This document shows, piece by piece, positions 17,145 to 25,055 of a DNA stretch of 64,000 nucleotides. The position numbers were made by a program, and so were the translations under genes. The notes beneath the pieces are model-generated. The model saw nothing but the letters and a program-made list of their open reading frames with translations, was not told the origin of the DNA and made no database searches. The first letter of the stretch is position 1, and every line of letters begins with the position of its first letter. The DNA comes from Mollicutes bacterium (GTDB taxonomy: Bacteria > Bacillota_I > Bacilli_A > Izemoplasmatales > Izemoplasmataceae): NCBI GenBank assembly GCA_003554735.1, contig PWHE01000103.1:3262-67261 (forward strand), read 5' to 3'.

Positions 17145-17764
17145 GCAAACAAAAAAAGACCCTCATCCTTTCCATTGTCTTCAGTTCGTTCGCTCCAATC
17201 GTGACCGGCCTTGCGCTCCTTTTGACCGACGCATCCACACAGCTTGCCGATTTCCTTCGCAGGACCATCGAACTTTTCGTGCTGATCATGGCGCTTTACA
17301 CCTACAATAAAACCGCTCAGCTTGAGCCCACCGCACCGAAAAGGAAAATCCTCGAGACCCGTCAAAGGCGGCTGGTAAGCCTTGTCCTTCTCATGACAGC
17401 AACCTTTTTAAGCGTCTTCATCGTCCGTTCAATTCTTGATCCGAGTGTGCCTTCAGGCAACGTGATTCCCGGTTTGACCATCGCGTCGTTCGGCCTCGTT
17501 TTCAATGGAGGCTTCTTTTTCAGATACCGTAGTCTTCATAAAAGGGAAGCCAACACCGTCATGGATGCACAAGCCAAGCTTTACGGCACAAAGTCATTGA
17601 TCGACGCGAGCGTGATCATCGCACTGGCGAGTGTCCTTGTTATGCCCGGTTCACAGATAAGCTACTGGATCGACCTTGTAGGGTCTTTCATCATTGTGGT
17701 ATACTTGATTGTGAACAGCCTGATGATGCTCCTCGGAAGCAATCCGTCAATCCAAAACAGATAG
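17141..17764 (+). CDS. cation-diffusion-facilitator-like membrane protein lacking a C-terminal domain
   Basis: Six-TM layout with CDF-like TM2/TM5 segments (STQLADFLRRTIE, AKLYGTKSLIDASV), but the usual His/Asp metal ligands are largely replaced. Its ATG overlaps the upstream stop (ATGA). Confidence 0.5.
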   Translation: MSKQKKTLILSIVFSSFAPIVTGLALLLTDASTQLADFLRRTIELFVLIMALYTYNKTAQLEPTAPKRKILETRQRRLVSLVLLMTATFLSVFIVRSILDPSVPSGNVIPGLTIASFGLVFNGGFFFRYRSLHKREANTVMDAQAKLYGTKSLIDASVIIALASVLVMPGSQISYWIDLVGSFIIVVYLIVNSLMMLLGSNPSIQNR

Positions 17765-17777
17765 GAAGGGTCCACTC

Positions 17778-18134
17778 ATGAGCTACTGTTATACTTGCAA
17801 CCAGCAACTTTCGACAAACGTGAAATATTGCCCGCATTGCGGTAACCCTACCAAAATACCGCCAAGAAACCCTGAAAACCACGCCCGGGTCTCTCAGAAA
17901 AAGGAACTTGAAACGCAAGTGACGACCGGCATGGTTTTGATCGCGGTCGCTTTTTTTCTTCCCGTACCCATCGTCGACATCATTTTGGCGGCGGTCGGCT
18001 GGTCGATGACCAGCAAAGGCAAAAGCGATCCGTCCATCAGAAACTATAGTCTCACAACTGTCGGTTCCTGGCTTGGGCCAATCGCAATCATTTATTGCGT
18101 GATTTCATGGACCTTTTTGCTTGCGCTCCTGTAA
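17778..18134 (+). CDS. zinc-ribbon membrane protein
   Basis: CYTCNQ...CPHCGNP zinc ribbon followed by two TM helices. Confidence 0.6.
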   Translation: MSYCYTCNQQLSTNVKYCPHCGNPTKIPPRNPENHARVSQKKELETQVTTGMVLIAVAFFLPVPIVDIILAAVGWSMTSKGKSDPSIRNYSLTTVGSWLGPIAIIYCVISWTFLLALL

Positions 18135-18288
18135 GCCTCTGCCTATGAATATATATTCAACCGTGATAAGATTTCAATTGAATACCCAATAACCTTTTAA
18201 ATCGCTTGGCTCTCGCTTTTAATATTGAAATCCCCCTGAAGAAGTGGTACCATCTATATGACAGGTGTACAGAAAGGAGTTTCACACG

Positions 18289-18681
18289 ATGAAATATTGT
18301 GCAAAATGTGGCAACGAACTCGAACAAGGGGACAAGTATTGCATCAACTGCGGTGAGCCGGTTGAAACCCCGCCCACCGACAATTTCGGTACCCAGACGC
18401 ACTATCAGGGTCCGCCGCAGACATCCGGCATGGGCATAACCAGCTTCGTGCTTGCCTTGATCAGTCTTTTTCTTCCCATACCGTATCTGGATGTCGCCAT
18501 CGGTGTGGTGGCCGTGGTGCTCGCGATCATCGTCATCTCAAAACAACCAAAAAAAGGCCTTGCGATCGCCGGCCTCATCATTGGGCTTCTGGCCGTTATC
18601 GGAGGTCTTTCCCTGCTTGTTGAAGGCGGCTATGACGACCTATGGGACAACTTCACTTTCATCGGACGACTTTTCCTTTAG
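18289..18681 (+). CDS. zinc-ribbon membrane protein (paralogue of the preceding gene, DUF4190-like)
   Basis: MKYCAKCGNELEQGDKYCINCGEP followed by two TM helices. ATG 18289 follows AGAAAGGAG. Confidence 0.65.
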   Translation: MKYCAKCGNELEQGDKYCINCGEPVETPPTDNFGTQTHYQGPPQTSGMGITSFVLALISLFLPIPYLDVAIGVVAVVLAIIVISKQPKKGLAIAGLIIGLLAVIGGLSLLVEGGYDDLWDNFTFIGRLFL

Positions 18682-18781
18682 GAGAAGTCGTTTTTCTTTT
18701 GTGGTCTTTTCAGTGTTGCCCTTGAAAGAATGACCTAAGAGGCGTACAATGGATATAGAGAATATGAGAGGAGTCTTATCG

Positions 18782-20008
18782 ATGGACATTTACACCATCT
18801 TGCTTTACCTTTCAATCATCCTTTTGATTGGATTTTTGTTTGGAAAACTTATGGAGCAGTTAAGCTTGCCGGATGTGACAGGTTACATCATCGCCGGAGT
18901 CTTAATTGGTCCATATGTTCTGAACATTGTCGATCTTGAGGCGTTGCCTTATTTCGACATCATCACCAAAATCGTGCTTGGAATCATCGCGTTTCAGATC
19001 GGGACGGAACTTTTTCTGCCCATTATTAAAAAAAGCGCTTCAAGCATCATCGTCATCACCCTTGTGCACGCCATGATCACGCTGGCGCTCGTTTTTGGAG
19101 GCATCTATTTGCTTACCGGTGAGCTTTGGCTCGCTTTCGCGCTAGGTGGCCTTGCGGTCGCAAGTGCCCCCGCCCCCGTCATGCAAGTGATCAAGAAACT
19201 CCGTGCCAAAGGACCGGTCAAACTGACGGCTATCCCGGTCGTCGGTCTGCTGGATGTCGTGGCGGTCATCATTTTCGCCCTCTTTTCCTCCATCGCGGTA
19301 TCGTTGGTGGAAGGCACTGAGATCAGTCTTCATACCGCCTTGCTGTTCCCTTTGTTCGAGATTTTCGTCTCGATCGGCATCGGCGTCTTTTTTGGAACCG
19401 TCTTGGGCCTTTCTTCAAACTTCATCATCGAACGTCTCCATAAACAGGAACGCTACATCATCTATCTGGTTTTGAGCCTGTCGTTCATTATGGGAGCCGT
19501 ATGGCTCGCGCATCGCTATCATCTGTCGCTGATTCTCATTCCTTTGTCAATGGGCATGACGTTCACGAACTTCGTGAACAAAGAGACCTTCAAGATTCAA
19601 AATGCGGCATTATCAAATTTCGGCGGCCCCTTCGTCATCCTCTTTTTTACCATTGCCGGCCTTTCTCTCTCGCCGATGACGATGGCCCAGGCCGGACTGA
19701 TTGCGCTTGTGTTCATTGTGCTGAGATTCACGGGAAAAATATCGGGCGCCTTCATCGGTTCAACCATTACGGGTTGTCCGCAGACCGTACGCAAGTATAC
19801 GGGCTTCGCCCTCCTTCCGCAGGCCGGTGTGACCATCGGCATGCTGGTGGCGATTTCGGCCGCCTTGCCGCCTGAAGAGACTCAAATCGTCCAGGCGGTC
19901 ACCCTCTCAAGCATTCTCGTTTTTCAGGTCATCGGTCCGATTCTGATGCAGTGGGGACTCGGCAAAGCGGGCGAGATTCGTGCTCACAAGGTGAAGGATC
20001 ATGCCTAA
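18782..20008 (+). CDS. cation:proton antiporter (Na+/H+ exchanger family, CPA2-like)
   Basis: About 12 TM segments. LPDVTGYIIAGVLIGPYVLN is typical of the Na_H_Exchanger N-terminus. ATG 18782 follows GAGAGGAG. Confidence 0.85.
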   Translation: MDIYTILLYLSIILLIGFLFGKLMEQLSLPDVTGYIIAGVLIGPYVLNIVDLEALPYFDIITKIVLGIIAFQIGTELFLPIIKKSASSIIVITLVHAMITLALVFGGIYLLTGELWLAFALGGLAVASAPAPVMQVIKKLRAKGPVKLTAIPVVGLLDVVAVIIFALFSSIAVSLVEGTEISLHTALLFPLFEIFVSIGIGVFFGTVLGLSSNFIIERLHKQERYIIYLVLSLSFIMGAVWLAHRYHLSLILIPLSMGMTFTNFVNKETFKIQNAALSNFGGPFVILFFTIAGLSLSPMTMAQAGLIALVFIVLRFTGKISGAFIGSTITGCPQTVRKYTGFALLPQAGVTIGMLVAISAALPPEETQIVQAVTLSSILVFQVIGPILMQWGLGKAGEIRAHKVKDHA

Positions 20009-20552
20009 GGACGTTACAATCGAGCTTGCGTCCTCTGAACAGGATATCAAAGCCTCTGCCGCCATTATGGATGAGCGTTTTCACTGGTCGTACCACAACA
20101 ATGAAGCCTATGAAGATCTTCAGTCGATAATATCCGGCGATGGCCTTTTGCTCATAGCGAAGCTTAACAACACCGTTGTGGGTCTGATCGGTGCCGTGCC
20201 GCAGTATGGCACTACCGGATGGGAACTTCACCCACTGGCCGTCAAACAATCCCATGAAGGCAAAGGCATCGCCACAACACTTCTTGAAACTCTTGAGCTC
20301 CTTCTTGTAAAGATGGGCTGTCACGTGGTTTATCTCGGCACGGACGACGAACGCTTTCAAACGAGTCTTTCGCAATCCGATCTGTTTGAAAACACGCTTG
20401 ATAAAATTGAAGGCATCACAAACTTGGACAACCATCCATATACTTTTTACCAGCGACATGGTTATAAAATAGTCGGTGTGATTCCGGATGCCAACGGACC
20501 GAACAAACCCGATATCATCATGGCCAAACGGCTTTTACCGTATCCTTCTTAA
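20001..20552 (+). CDS. GNAT family N-acetyltransferase (AAC(6')-like tail)
   Basis: HPLAVKQSHEGKGIATTLLETLE acetyl-CoA motif, and C-terminal YKIVGVIPDANGPNKPDIIMAKRL. It overlaps the antiporter stop by 8 nt. Confidence 0.8.
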   Translation: MPKDVTIELASSEQDIKASAAIMDERFHWSYHNNEAYEDLQSIISGDGLLLIAKLNNTVVGLIGAVPQYGTTGWELHPLAVKQSHEGKGIATTLLETLELLLVKMGCHVVYLGTDDERFQTSLSQSDLFENTLDKIEGITNLDNHPYTFYQRHGYKIVGVIPDANGPNKPDIIMAKRLLPYPS

Positions 20553-20588
20553 AAATCACCCTATGAATTGTTATAATAGGAGTAAGAG

Positions 20589-20873
20589 GTGATTGAAGTG
20601 GCACAAGTAACGAAACGTTTTGTGATTGAAGGCATGGTCCAAGGAGTGGGCATGCGCATGTTCATCAGCCGTGCCGCCAAAGCCGCCGGTCTGACCGGAT
20701 ATGTCAAAAATCTTTCGGACGGCACAGTGGAAGTGGTTGCTCGCGGCACACCGCAAAAAATTGAAAAGCTGAAACACGACATCGTTCACAGTTCGCCAGG
20801 AAACGTTAAAAACATTCACTCGGAAGATTATCAAACTCAACGCGAATTCAATACATTCAATGTCAGCTTCTGA
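20589..20873 (+). CDS. acyP: acylphosphatase
   Basis: VIEGMVQGVGMRMFISRAAKAAGLTGYVKNLSDGTVEVVARG. An alternative GTG start lies at 20598. Confidence 0.9.
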   Translation: MIEVAQVTKRFVIEGMVQGVGMRMFISRAAKAAGLTGYVKNLSDGTVEVVARGTPQKIEKLKHDIVHSSPGNVKNIHSEDYQTQREFNTFNVSF

Positions 20874-20897
20874 CCGACGCTTTGCGTCGGTTTTTTC
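20873..20897 (+). terminator. intrinsic terminator
   Basis: ACCGACGC (20873-20880) pairs with GCGTCGGT (20884-20891), then TTTTTT. Confidence 0.8.
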
Positions 20898-20977
20898 TTA
20901 AGCATGTGAATATCGCTTTATCTGTCACCACCCAACAGGTATAATGAATATGATGAACGCCAAAAGGGGTGATAAAA

Positions 20978-21421
20978 ATGAATATCAGTCTCAAAAAAAT
21001 TGACAAAACGAACTTCGAGGCCGTAGTCGATCTCGACGTTCATGAATCACAGAAGCGGTTTGTCGCACCCAACATGTACTCCATCGCGGAAGCGTCGGTT
21101 TATGAGTCCATGCATGCTTATGCCATCTATGACAATGACACGCCGGTGGGGTTCACCATGTATGGCAGAAGTGATGAGGATGACAAGCTTTGGATCGTCC
21201 GTCTCATGGTGGATGCATCGCATCAAAGGAAAGGCTATGGAACAAAAGCGCTTGGTCTCCTGTTGGATAAGATGCATGATGAATACGGAAGAGAGGACGT
21301 CTATCTCTCGACGTCACCTGACAACGAAACCGTCATCGCTTTTTATGAGCGACATGGGTTCAGAAAAACCGGTGCCATGGTCGACGATGAGCTGGTCATG
21401 TGCCGATTTTATTACTGCTAA
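20978..21421 (+). CDS. GNAT family N-acetyltransferase (diamine/spermidine acetyltransferase-like)
   Basis: LMVDASHQRKGYGTKALGLLLDKM and FYERHGFRKTG. ATG 20978 follows AAAAGGGG. Confidence 0.8.
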   Translation: MNISLKKIDKTNFEAVVDLDVHESQKRFVAPNMYSIAEASVYESMHAYAIYDNDTPVGFTMYGRSDEDDKLWIVRLMVDASHQRKGYGTKALGLLLDKMHDEYGREDVYLSTSPDNETVIAFYERHGFRKTGAMVDDELVMCRFYYC

Positions 21422-21424
21422 AAA

Positions 21425-21453
21425 AATGTCCGCCTGAAAGACGGACATTTTTA
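21425..21453. terminator. bidirectional terminator
   Basis: AATGTCCG pairs with CGGACATT, flanked by an A-run and a T-run, between convergent genes. Confidence 0.75.
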
Positions 21454-21457
21454 ATGG

Positions 21458-22504
21458 TTATTCGGTGGGGAAATATCCTCTCACCACTGCATGGGCTGAA
21501 ACATAGATCATGCCTTCCATGTCCTCGATGACGAACTCGAGTGTGTTGGACATGACATTTTCATCTTTGATCGGGAAAAGTCCGGGGGCGGCGGTGAAGT
21601 TGTCCTGCTGGTTTCTTGGCAGAACTTCGTTGCCCACGTGAAGCTGAATCTCCTCAAGGATGAAATCCGGATCGACGTGGTAGGTTACGGTTACTGTTCC
21701 ATTGTCATATTCGACGCTCAGTGTACCGACCCAAGTGCCTTTGGCGAGGTCGTTCAAAGCGGCGCCGGCATAAAGGTCAAAGAGATAACTGCCTTCATCG
21801 AGCGGACCGTTGGTCCATCCCCAGTTCTGAACACTCACATAGTCCCAGTTGGGCAAGGCGTAATCGCCACCGTAAGCCCAGACGGTTTGGCTGGTCATAT
21901 CGCCTGGATCCTCGCCGTTGTCATCTTCGATGTATTTGACAGTGAATCCGATGATATAGAACCACGCACCGCGTCCACTCCATACGGGCTCATCTTCACC
22001 GGCGGCATAAGCGGTTTCCTCCGCGAACCACAGAATGGTTTCATCGGTCTCGCCGTCAAGTGCGGTAAAGGCCACATGGACAATCAGATAGAATGTGTCG
22101 CCGTCTTCGAGCGCTTCATCCATCGGAATGCTCAATGACGCAGTGTGGTCATAAATATCCTCCAGTGAATAAGGTGCCAATCCGGGAGCCGGACGCATGG
22201 AGGGAAGGCTTTCGATGTCATTGTAGAGATAGACATGAATCTCTTTCATCAGACCTTCGGTTGCAAAATCAAGGAAAAGGGTGTATTCGTCATTGTAAAT
22301 AATCAGACTGCCCGCTTCATGGTTTTGCCCTGCCCATAACGTATAGACATAGGATTGGTAGTTGTCGATGACTTCGCCTTCAACCCCCTCATAAATCGTA
22401 GGTTCGGATGAAGCGGTTTGAAGCGGTCTTGCCTCGACTTGAAATGCGGTAAGCACGAAAAACATCAGGAATGCAAGTGAAAACAGAACGGTTTTTTTAA
22501 ACAT
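21458..22504 (-). CDS. secreted acidic protein of unknown function with an internal two-fold repeat
   Basis: Signal peptide MFKKTVLFSLAFLMFFVLTAFQVEA. Two related ~110-aa modules: LWAGQNHEAGSL...EIHVYLYN...APGLAPYSL and LYAGAALNDLAKGTW...EIQLHVGN...APGLFPIKD. Confidence 0.7.
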   Translation of the reverse strand: MFKKTVLFSLAFLMFFVLTAFQVEARPLQTASSEPTIYEGVEGEVIDNYQSYVYTLWAGQNHEAGSLIIYNDEYTLFLDFATEGLMKEIHVYLYNDIESLPSMRPAPGLAPYSLEDIYDHTASLSIPMDEALEDGDTFYLIVHVAFTALDGETDETILWFAEETAYAAGEDEPVWSGRGAWFYIIGFTVKYIEDDNGEDPGDMTSQTVWAYGGDYALPNWDYVSVQNWGWTNGPLDEGSYLFDLYAGAALNDLAKGTWVGTLSVEYDNGTVTVTYHVDPDFILEEIQLHVGNEVLPRNQQDNFTAAPGLFPIKDENVMSNTLEFVIEDMEGMIYVSAHAVVRGYFPTE

Positions 22505-22710
22505 TTGTTATTCTCCGTTTCTTAAGAATGCCAGTCTCGCTTGAGACTGAAACCGGGCCGGTTACGCCACTGGCTGGCTTCTGGATTGGCGTCCATTCAA
22601 ATCATCCAGAAACGTCTTTGCTTCCCGAAGTTGCAAAACAACACAAAGACATACTTCACTGCAGATTATGCAAAACGGCTTTCTTCCCACCTCCATAAAA
22701 TGACAAATTC
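22505..22710 (-). promoter_or_regulatory. long (~200 nt) 5' leader of the secreted-protein gene; class unknown
   Basis: It lies between a TTTACA-16-TATAAT promoter and the ATG. It contains hairpins CTGGAT...ATCCAG and CAGTCTC-aagc-GAGACTG (22531-22548), and a 44-codon Cys-rich ORF (22561-22695). Confidence 0.35.
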
Positions 22711-22716
22711 CACCTT

Positions 22717-22744
22717 AATTATATATAAAAGGATTAAAATGTAA
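22717..22744 (-). promoter_or_regulatory. sigma-A-type promoter TTTACA-16-TATAAT (minus strand)
   Basis: Read on the reverse complement: TTTACA at 22744-22739 and TATAAT at 22722-22717. Confidence 0.5.
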
Positions 22745-22991
22745 ATAAGAAAGATGTTTTTTATAAACAATACTTAACATCTATTTTAAGCGGTTAAGGG
22801 TATGTTTATCCGAAATAGTTCGCAATCAATTCGGTTTATGGCATCAGTCTTTGAAAACAATTATAAATAGACGGGATAACAGTCCGAAACCGGCTTATAT
22901 ACTCTGTATTCTGACATTGAATGAAAAAGTGCCCCCTTTCATTATCACGTGCGCTCATGGTACAATACCGATTATGCAAAGGAGTGGTGTC

Positions 22992-23558
22992 ATGCTTTTG
23001 GAATCGCTGTCTGAATATTTACCAAAAAACACTCAGGAAGCCGTGGATAAGAAAGTGATGATCGATTTCATCAAGAAAAACCCCGACGCATTCCATAGAG
23101 ACAATAAAATCGCTCACGTCACCTCATCGGCTATTGTAGTAAATGAAACCATGGACAAGGTGCTGTTCGCGTATCACAACATCTATGATTCCTGGTCGTG
23201 GGTCGGTGGACACAACGAGGGCGATCCCGACTGTCTCGCGGTCGCTTTGAAAGAAGCCAAAGAAGAAACGGGCATAAAGACCATCCGCCCGCAAAGCGAC
23301 GCAATATTCATGCTTGATATCATCCATGTCACCAACCATTACAAAAACGGGGATTTCGTACCGGATCACCTGCACCTAAACGTGACCTACCTGCTCATCG
23401 GTGATGAAAACGACAAAGTTCGTCCCAAAACGGATGAAAACCAAGCGGTCCGTTGGTTTTCATTCAGTGATGCGCTCGCCCATGTGGACGAACCACGCAT
23501 GATGCCGATCTATCAAAAAGCGTTCATGGAAATCGTTAAAATCAAACAAACATTCTGA
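22992..23558 (+). CDS. NUDIX hydrolase
   Basis: Nudix box GGHNEGDPDCLAVALKEAKEETGI. ATG 22992 lies 7 nt after AAAGGAGTGG. The longer ORF from 22851 has no RBS. Confidence 0.85.
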   Translation: MLLESLSEYLPKNTQEAVDKKVMIDFIKKNPDAFHRDNKIAHVTSSAIVVNETMDKVLFAYHNIYDSWSWVGGHNEGDPDCLAVALKEAKEETGIKTIRPQSDAIFMLDIIHVTNHYKNGDFVPDHLHLNVTYLLIGDENDKVRPKTDENQAVRWFSFSDALAHVDEPRMMPIYQKAFMEIVKIKQTF

Positions 23559-23644
23559 CCCTTTTAAAATACCTTTAATCTGTCATTATGAAACATGGTA
23601 GATTAAGGGTATAATGTTGTCAACTAAAAAATAGAGGTGACAAG

Positions 23645-24178
23645 ATGGATACAAGAAAAATGGTTTATATGGCATTGTTTGTGACCATGGTTTTCGTGGC
23701 GACGAACATTCGGGTTCATCTGCCGCTTGGAACGGGTGGACTCGTGCACATCGGCACTCTAATGATGTTTGCCATCGCTTTGAAATACGGTAAGCATTAC
23801 GGAGCGCTTTCGGCGGCCATCGGCATGGCGCTTTTCGATGTACTCTCAGGATGGGCCGCATGGGCACCGGGCACGTTTGTCGTACGCCTGGCTGCGGGGT
23901 TCGTGGTCGGAATGTTGGCGCAAACCGCAGAAGGACAAGGCCAAAGCAAAACACGAAACGCCATCGCGATTGTGGCGGGCGGTGTGGTCATTGTCGTTGG
24001 GTATTATCTGTTTGAAGCGCTCTTCATCACCGAGTTCTACGCGGCGACGTTGAGCATCCCAGGAAACATTACACAATTCGCCATTGGCGTCTTCTCATTG
24101 TTCATACTCGATTCCCTTCCTAATCTCGATTTGAATGCTGGCAACATGGAAGCCGCCAATAGAAAAGCCCTCGGTTGA
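23645..24178 (+). CDS. ECF-transporter S (substrate-capture) component, substrate unknown
   Basis: About 6 TM, 177 aa. MVYMALFVTMVFVATNIRVHLPLGTGGLVHIGTLMMF is typical of ECF_trnsprt family members. No EcfA/T genes are adjacent. Confidence 0.6.
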   Translation: MDTRKMVYMALFVTMVFVATNIRVHLPLGTGGLVHIGTLMMFAIALKYGKHYGALSAAIGMALFDVLSGWAAWAPGTFVVRLAAGFVVGMLAQTAEGQGQSKTRNAIAIVAGGVVIVVGYYLFEALFITEFYAATLSIPGNITQFAIGVFSLFILDSLPNLDLNAGNMEAANRKALG

Positions 24179-24190
24179 GGGCTTTTTTTG
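24165..24190. terminator. bidirectional terminator
   Basis: AAGCCCTC pairs with GAGGGCTT with loop GGTT, followed by TTTTTT. It lies between convergent genes. Confidence 0.8.
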
Positions 24191-24943
24191 TTATCTAGGA
24201 TAAAGGTCGCCGATCTCTTCGGCTTCAAGCATGGCGCGTTGTTCGCGCTGCATGTGGATGAGCGTGAGATAATGCTCCGGTTTGGCTTCGACTTTTTTGA
24301 TCATGAAGTTGATGTAATCAAGGAAATCGTCATCGGTGTATGTATCGTCGGTTGTTCTGGTATCGAGCGCGAAAATGTTGTCGCCGGTGGTGTTGACATA
24401 GTTCTTGGCCGGATAATGGTTGAAATAAAGGGTTTCATTGATGACCGGACAGAACGCTTTTTCGACTTTCTCGGGCAAGACTTTGCGGCGAATGTTTTCC
24501 GAATAGGCGTTGGCGCGCAATTTGACAATCGGGTATACGTGCTTGCCTGTAGGACTTGGAATGTCTTTGTTCGGTGCATCCTCTGTAAGGACAAGCAAGG
24601 AATGGTAATCGACGGACGTATCCTCTTTCACTTCGGCTTGAAGTTCACGGACATGTTCTCGCGCTTTTTGCCACTCTTTGATTTTGTAGGTCTCAACGGT
24701 TTTTGAGTTGTTGGCTATTTCATCGTGTCTGAGCGTTCCGTCTTTTTTGAAAGACACTTTGTCAATGCGGATTTCTCCGTTTGGGTTGAAGCCGTCTCTG
24801 CTTGTTTCTTCGTAAAGATGATATCCGTCTTTTTTCTGTTTGAAGGTACGTTTGACAACCTCGCCGTTTTCCATGATTTCGACGAGATCGAAATCTTGTT
24901 CGGTGTTTCTGGTCTTTTTGTAATAAAGAATCTTAGGTTGCAT
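24191..24943 (-). CDS. hypothetical cytoplasmic protein (~250 aa)
   Basis: ATG 24943 follows AAAGAGGGGA. The N-terminal third has MORN/YwqK-like beta-hairpin periodicity (ENGEVVKRTFKQKKDGYHLYEE..NPNGEIRIDKVSFKKDGTL). I recognised nothing in the rest. Confidence 0.6.
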   Translation of the reverse strand: MQPKILYYKKTRNTEQDFDLVEIMENGEVVKRTFKQKKDGYHLYEETSRDGFNPNGEIRIDKVSFKKDGTLRHDEIANNSKTVETYKIKEWQKAREHVRELQAEVKEDTSVDYHSLLVLTEDAPNKDIPSPTGKHVYPIVKLRANAYSENIRRKVLPEKVEKAFCPVINETLYFNHYPAKNYVNTTGDNIFALDTRTTDDTYTDDDFLDYINFMIKKVEAKPEHYLTLIHMQREQRAMLEAEEIGDLYPR

Positions 24944-25055
24944 AGAACTCCCCTCTTTCATAAAATATATCGTCTTAATGTCATTATAGCATGGTCGGGC
25001 GTACGTGGTAGAATTATACGTTAAAAAAATTCCGAACAAGGCCGTGTGAACACGC

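Noticed and set aside
22560-22640. Possible c-di-GMP (GEMM-I) riboswitch in the minus-strand leader, based on GGACGC..AAGCC.
   Set aside because: Only a few nucleotides resemble the consensus. The paired ACGCACAGGGCAAACC half and tetraloop-receptor features are not visible. It is reported only as an unclassified leader.
22541-22744. 67-aa plus-strand ORF in the 22.5-23.0 kb intergenic region.
   Set aside because: It has no RBS and starts with TTG inside a hairpin. It lies opposite the leader of the minus-strand gene. The region is treated as leader/regulatory instead.
23559-23644. Riboswitch upstream of the ECF S-component gene.
   Set aside because: The intergenic space is only 86 nt and contains just a GGTATAAT promoter and an RBS. 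It is too short for a vitamin riboswitch.
24188-25024. Plus-strand ORFs 24188-24706 and 24725-25024.
   Set aside because: They are antisense to the minus-strand 24191-24943 gene, which has the RBS and terminator. The plus-strand versions begin inside a terminator.
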